From positions 1 to 38,383 of the forward strand of contig JBEIJY010000027.1 in NCBI GenBank assembly GCA_040380025.1: 38,383 nt of DNA, in the 5' to 3' direction. The position numbers and the translations under genes are program-made. The DNA is from Bdellovibrionales bacterium (GTDB taxonomy: Bacteria > Bdellovibrionota > UBA1018 > CAIMNF01). Below, one piece after another: positions 36,752-38,383 of this stretch. How positions within the stretch are numbered: the stretch's first letter is position 1; the number at the start of each line of letters is the position of its first letter. Under the pieces are notes generated by a model, which had not been told where the DNA came from, did no database searches, and worked only from the letters and a program-made list of their open reading frames with translations.

Positions 36752-37670
36752 GGGGATCCGGATTTTCGAGGTGGGGCCGCGGGATGGTCTGCAAAATGAG
36801 CAGACCGTGCTTTCGGTCGCGGATCGGGTCTGGCTGATCGGTGCTCTGGTCGACGCCGGAATCGGCCGCATGGAGGCGGGCGCGATGGTTCGGGCCGACC
36901 GGGTGCCTCAGATGGCCGGAAGCGATGAGGTTCTTCGGCAGGTGATGCACCAAGGGCTTGCGGGAGAGTTTTATGCCCTCGTTCCCAATCGCAAAGGCCT
37001 TGAGCGCGCGATTGCGGCCGGAGTGCGCCACATCGCAGTCTTCACGGCCTCGAGCGATGCCTTCAATCAAAAAAACATCGGGATGACGACCGCTGAGTCC
37101 TTGGCCGAGATCCGCGCCCTCGTGAAGGACGCACAGATTGAGGGAATCACCGTGCGCGGCTATGTGTCGACTGTGTGGGGTTGCCCGTTCGAGGGACGCA
37201 TGACGCCCGATTCGGCGTTCCGTGTGATCGATGCGTTGATGGATCTCTCGATTCCGGAAGTCTCGATTGGCGACACGATCGGTGTGGCCTCGGCGAAAGG
37301 AGTCGAAGAGGTTCTGAAGCCCCTGTTTTTGCGGGTGGACCCAGCACGGATTGCGGTGCATTTTCATGACACGCGCGGGGCCGCGCTTGCGAACGCGCTT
37401 CGAAGCTATGAAATCGGAGTCCGGACCTTCGATTCGTCGATCTCGGGCTTGGGCGGATGCCCCTTCGCGCCGGGCGCGAGCGGAAACCTCGCCACCGAGG
37501 ATCTGGTGTACTACTTCAAAGAAATGAACATCCCGACCGGAGTCGACTACCGAAAACTCTGCGAGACGGGCCTGCGCTTGCACCAAAAAACAGGACGAAA
37601 GGGATTCTCCTCGAAGGCCCTGCAGGCCTATCAGGCGAACTGCGGGAAGAGCGCGGTATGGGATTCGTAA
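36744..37670 (+). CDS. liuE: Hydroxymethylglutaryl-CoA lyase
   Basis: EVGPRDGLQNE, VPQMA, GCPFEG, GDTIG, HFHDTRG, GLGGCPFAPGASGN; SD GAGG upstream. Confidence 0.95.
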   Translation: MAEGIRIFEVGPRDGLQNEQTVLSVADRVWLIGALVDAGIGRMEAGAMVRADRVPQMAGSDEVLRQVMHQGLAGEFYALVPNRKGLERAIAAGVRHIAVFTASSDAFNQKNIGMTTAESLAEIRALVKDAQIEGITVRGYVSTVWGCPFEGRMTPDSAFRVIDALMDLSIPEVSIGDTIGVASAKGVEEVLKPLFLRVDPARIAVHFHDTRGAALANALRSYEIGVRTFDSSISGLGGCPFAPGASGNLATEDLVYYFKEMNIPTGVDYRKLCETGLRLHQKTGRKGFSSKALQAYQANCGKSAVWDS

Positions 37671-38383
37671 AAGCGATTCTCCTGGCCGCGGGGCTCGTGG
37701 TGTTCGGGCTCGTCGGGTTCTTGTTCTCTCTTTTTGCCCTGCTCTTGAGCCCCGTGGTTCCTGGTCTTCGATTCCGCTCGAACGAGGCGTTCTTGATTCC
37801 CTTCGGGTGGTTCGCTCGAACGATCGCCGGGATTCGCCTGACCATCCTGAACGGCGAGCGGATTCACGCGGCCCGTCCCGCGATTTTCATCGGCAACCAC
37901 CAGTCAGGGCTTGATCTCGCGGTCATCGGGCATGTCTGCCCCTCGCGCTCGGTGATCGTGGCAAAAGAAGAAATCCGCAGGATTCCGGTTTTTGGATGGT
38001 TTTTCATGATTGCCGGGAACTTGCTCCTGAACCGCGCCGACAAGGCGGGTTCCAAGGCCCGGATCGAGGGGGTTCGGCAAAAGCTGAAAGATCACTCTTT
38101 GAATCTTGCGATTTTTCCCGAAGGCACCCGGAGCAAGACCGGCGACATTCTTCCCTTTAAAAGAGGCGCGTTCTATCTTGCCGTCTCGACCGGGTATCCC
38201 CTGATTCCCGTGGTGTGTTCGGATCTTCGCGGCAAGGGGATTTGGGAGAGCTTCCAGCTCCGGGGCGGAAATGTCGTGATCAGTGTGCTTCCGCCGATTT
38301 CTACAAAAGAGCTCAACTTTTCTGATTTGGCGCCCTTCACCGAACGCGTGCGGCAGTCCATGATCGAGGAATACGCGCGGGTC
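37658..38383 (+). CDS. plsC: 1-acyl-sn-glycerol-3-phosphate acyltransferase; partial, runs off the window
   Basis: Manual translation MGFVKAILLAAG...NHQSGLD...AKEEI...FPEGTRS...LPFKRGAF. Not in the ORF track because there is no stop in the window. Confidence 0.92.
   Translation, partial: MGFVKAILLAAGLVVFGLVGFLFSLFALLLSPVVPGLRFRSNEAFLIPFGWFARTIAGIRLTILNGERIHAARPAIFIGNHQSGLDLAVIGHVCPSRSVIVAKEEIRRIPVFGWFFMIAGNLLLNRADKAGSKARIEGVRQKLKDHSLNLAIFPEGTRSKTGDILPFKRGAFYLAVSTGYPLIPVVCSDLRGKGIWESFQLRGGNVVISVLPPISTKELNFSDLAPFTERVRQSMIEEYARV

Overview
GC-rich bacterial chromosomal window. The gene content suggests Bdellovibrionota or a related former delta-proteobacterium (inference). Left third (minus strand): SWIM-SNF2 ATPase, xerD, site-2 protease, a panG-panB-panC-coaBC-coaX CoA-synthesis cassette, trpS, scpA, scpB and the start of rluB. 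Middle: a Tat-exported HiPIP gene followed by an 819-aa HEAT-repeat protein with a C-terminal HEPN-like RNxAAH domain. These converge on a 2662-aa Ig-repeat surface protein ending in two apparently inactive trypsin-like domains. Next come a DUF177/YceD gene coupled to a possible Spo0M-like gene, and a HAD hydrolase. Two convergent rare-codon tRNA-Arg genes (TCT, CCT) bracket a block of uncharacterised outer-membrane or lipoprotein genes and a double-CheX gene. Right end: leucine/methylcrotonyl-CoA catabolic genes (hydratase, split biotin carboxylase plus carrier, HMG-CoA lyase) and a partial plsC. I saw no CRISPR array, IS element or prophage. The best novelty candidates are the HEAT-HEPN protein, the pseudo-protease-tipped giant adhesin and the Spo0M-like gene. 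All calls come from reading motifs by eye; no database searches were run.
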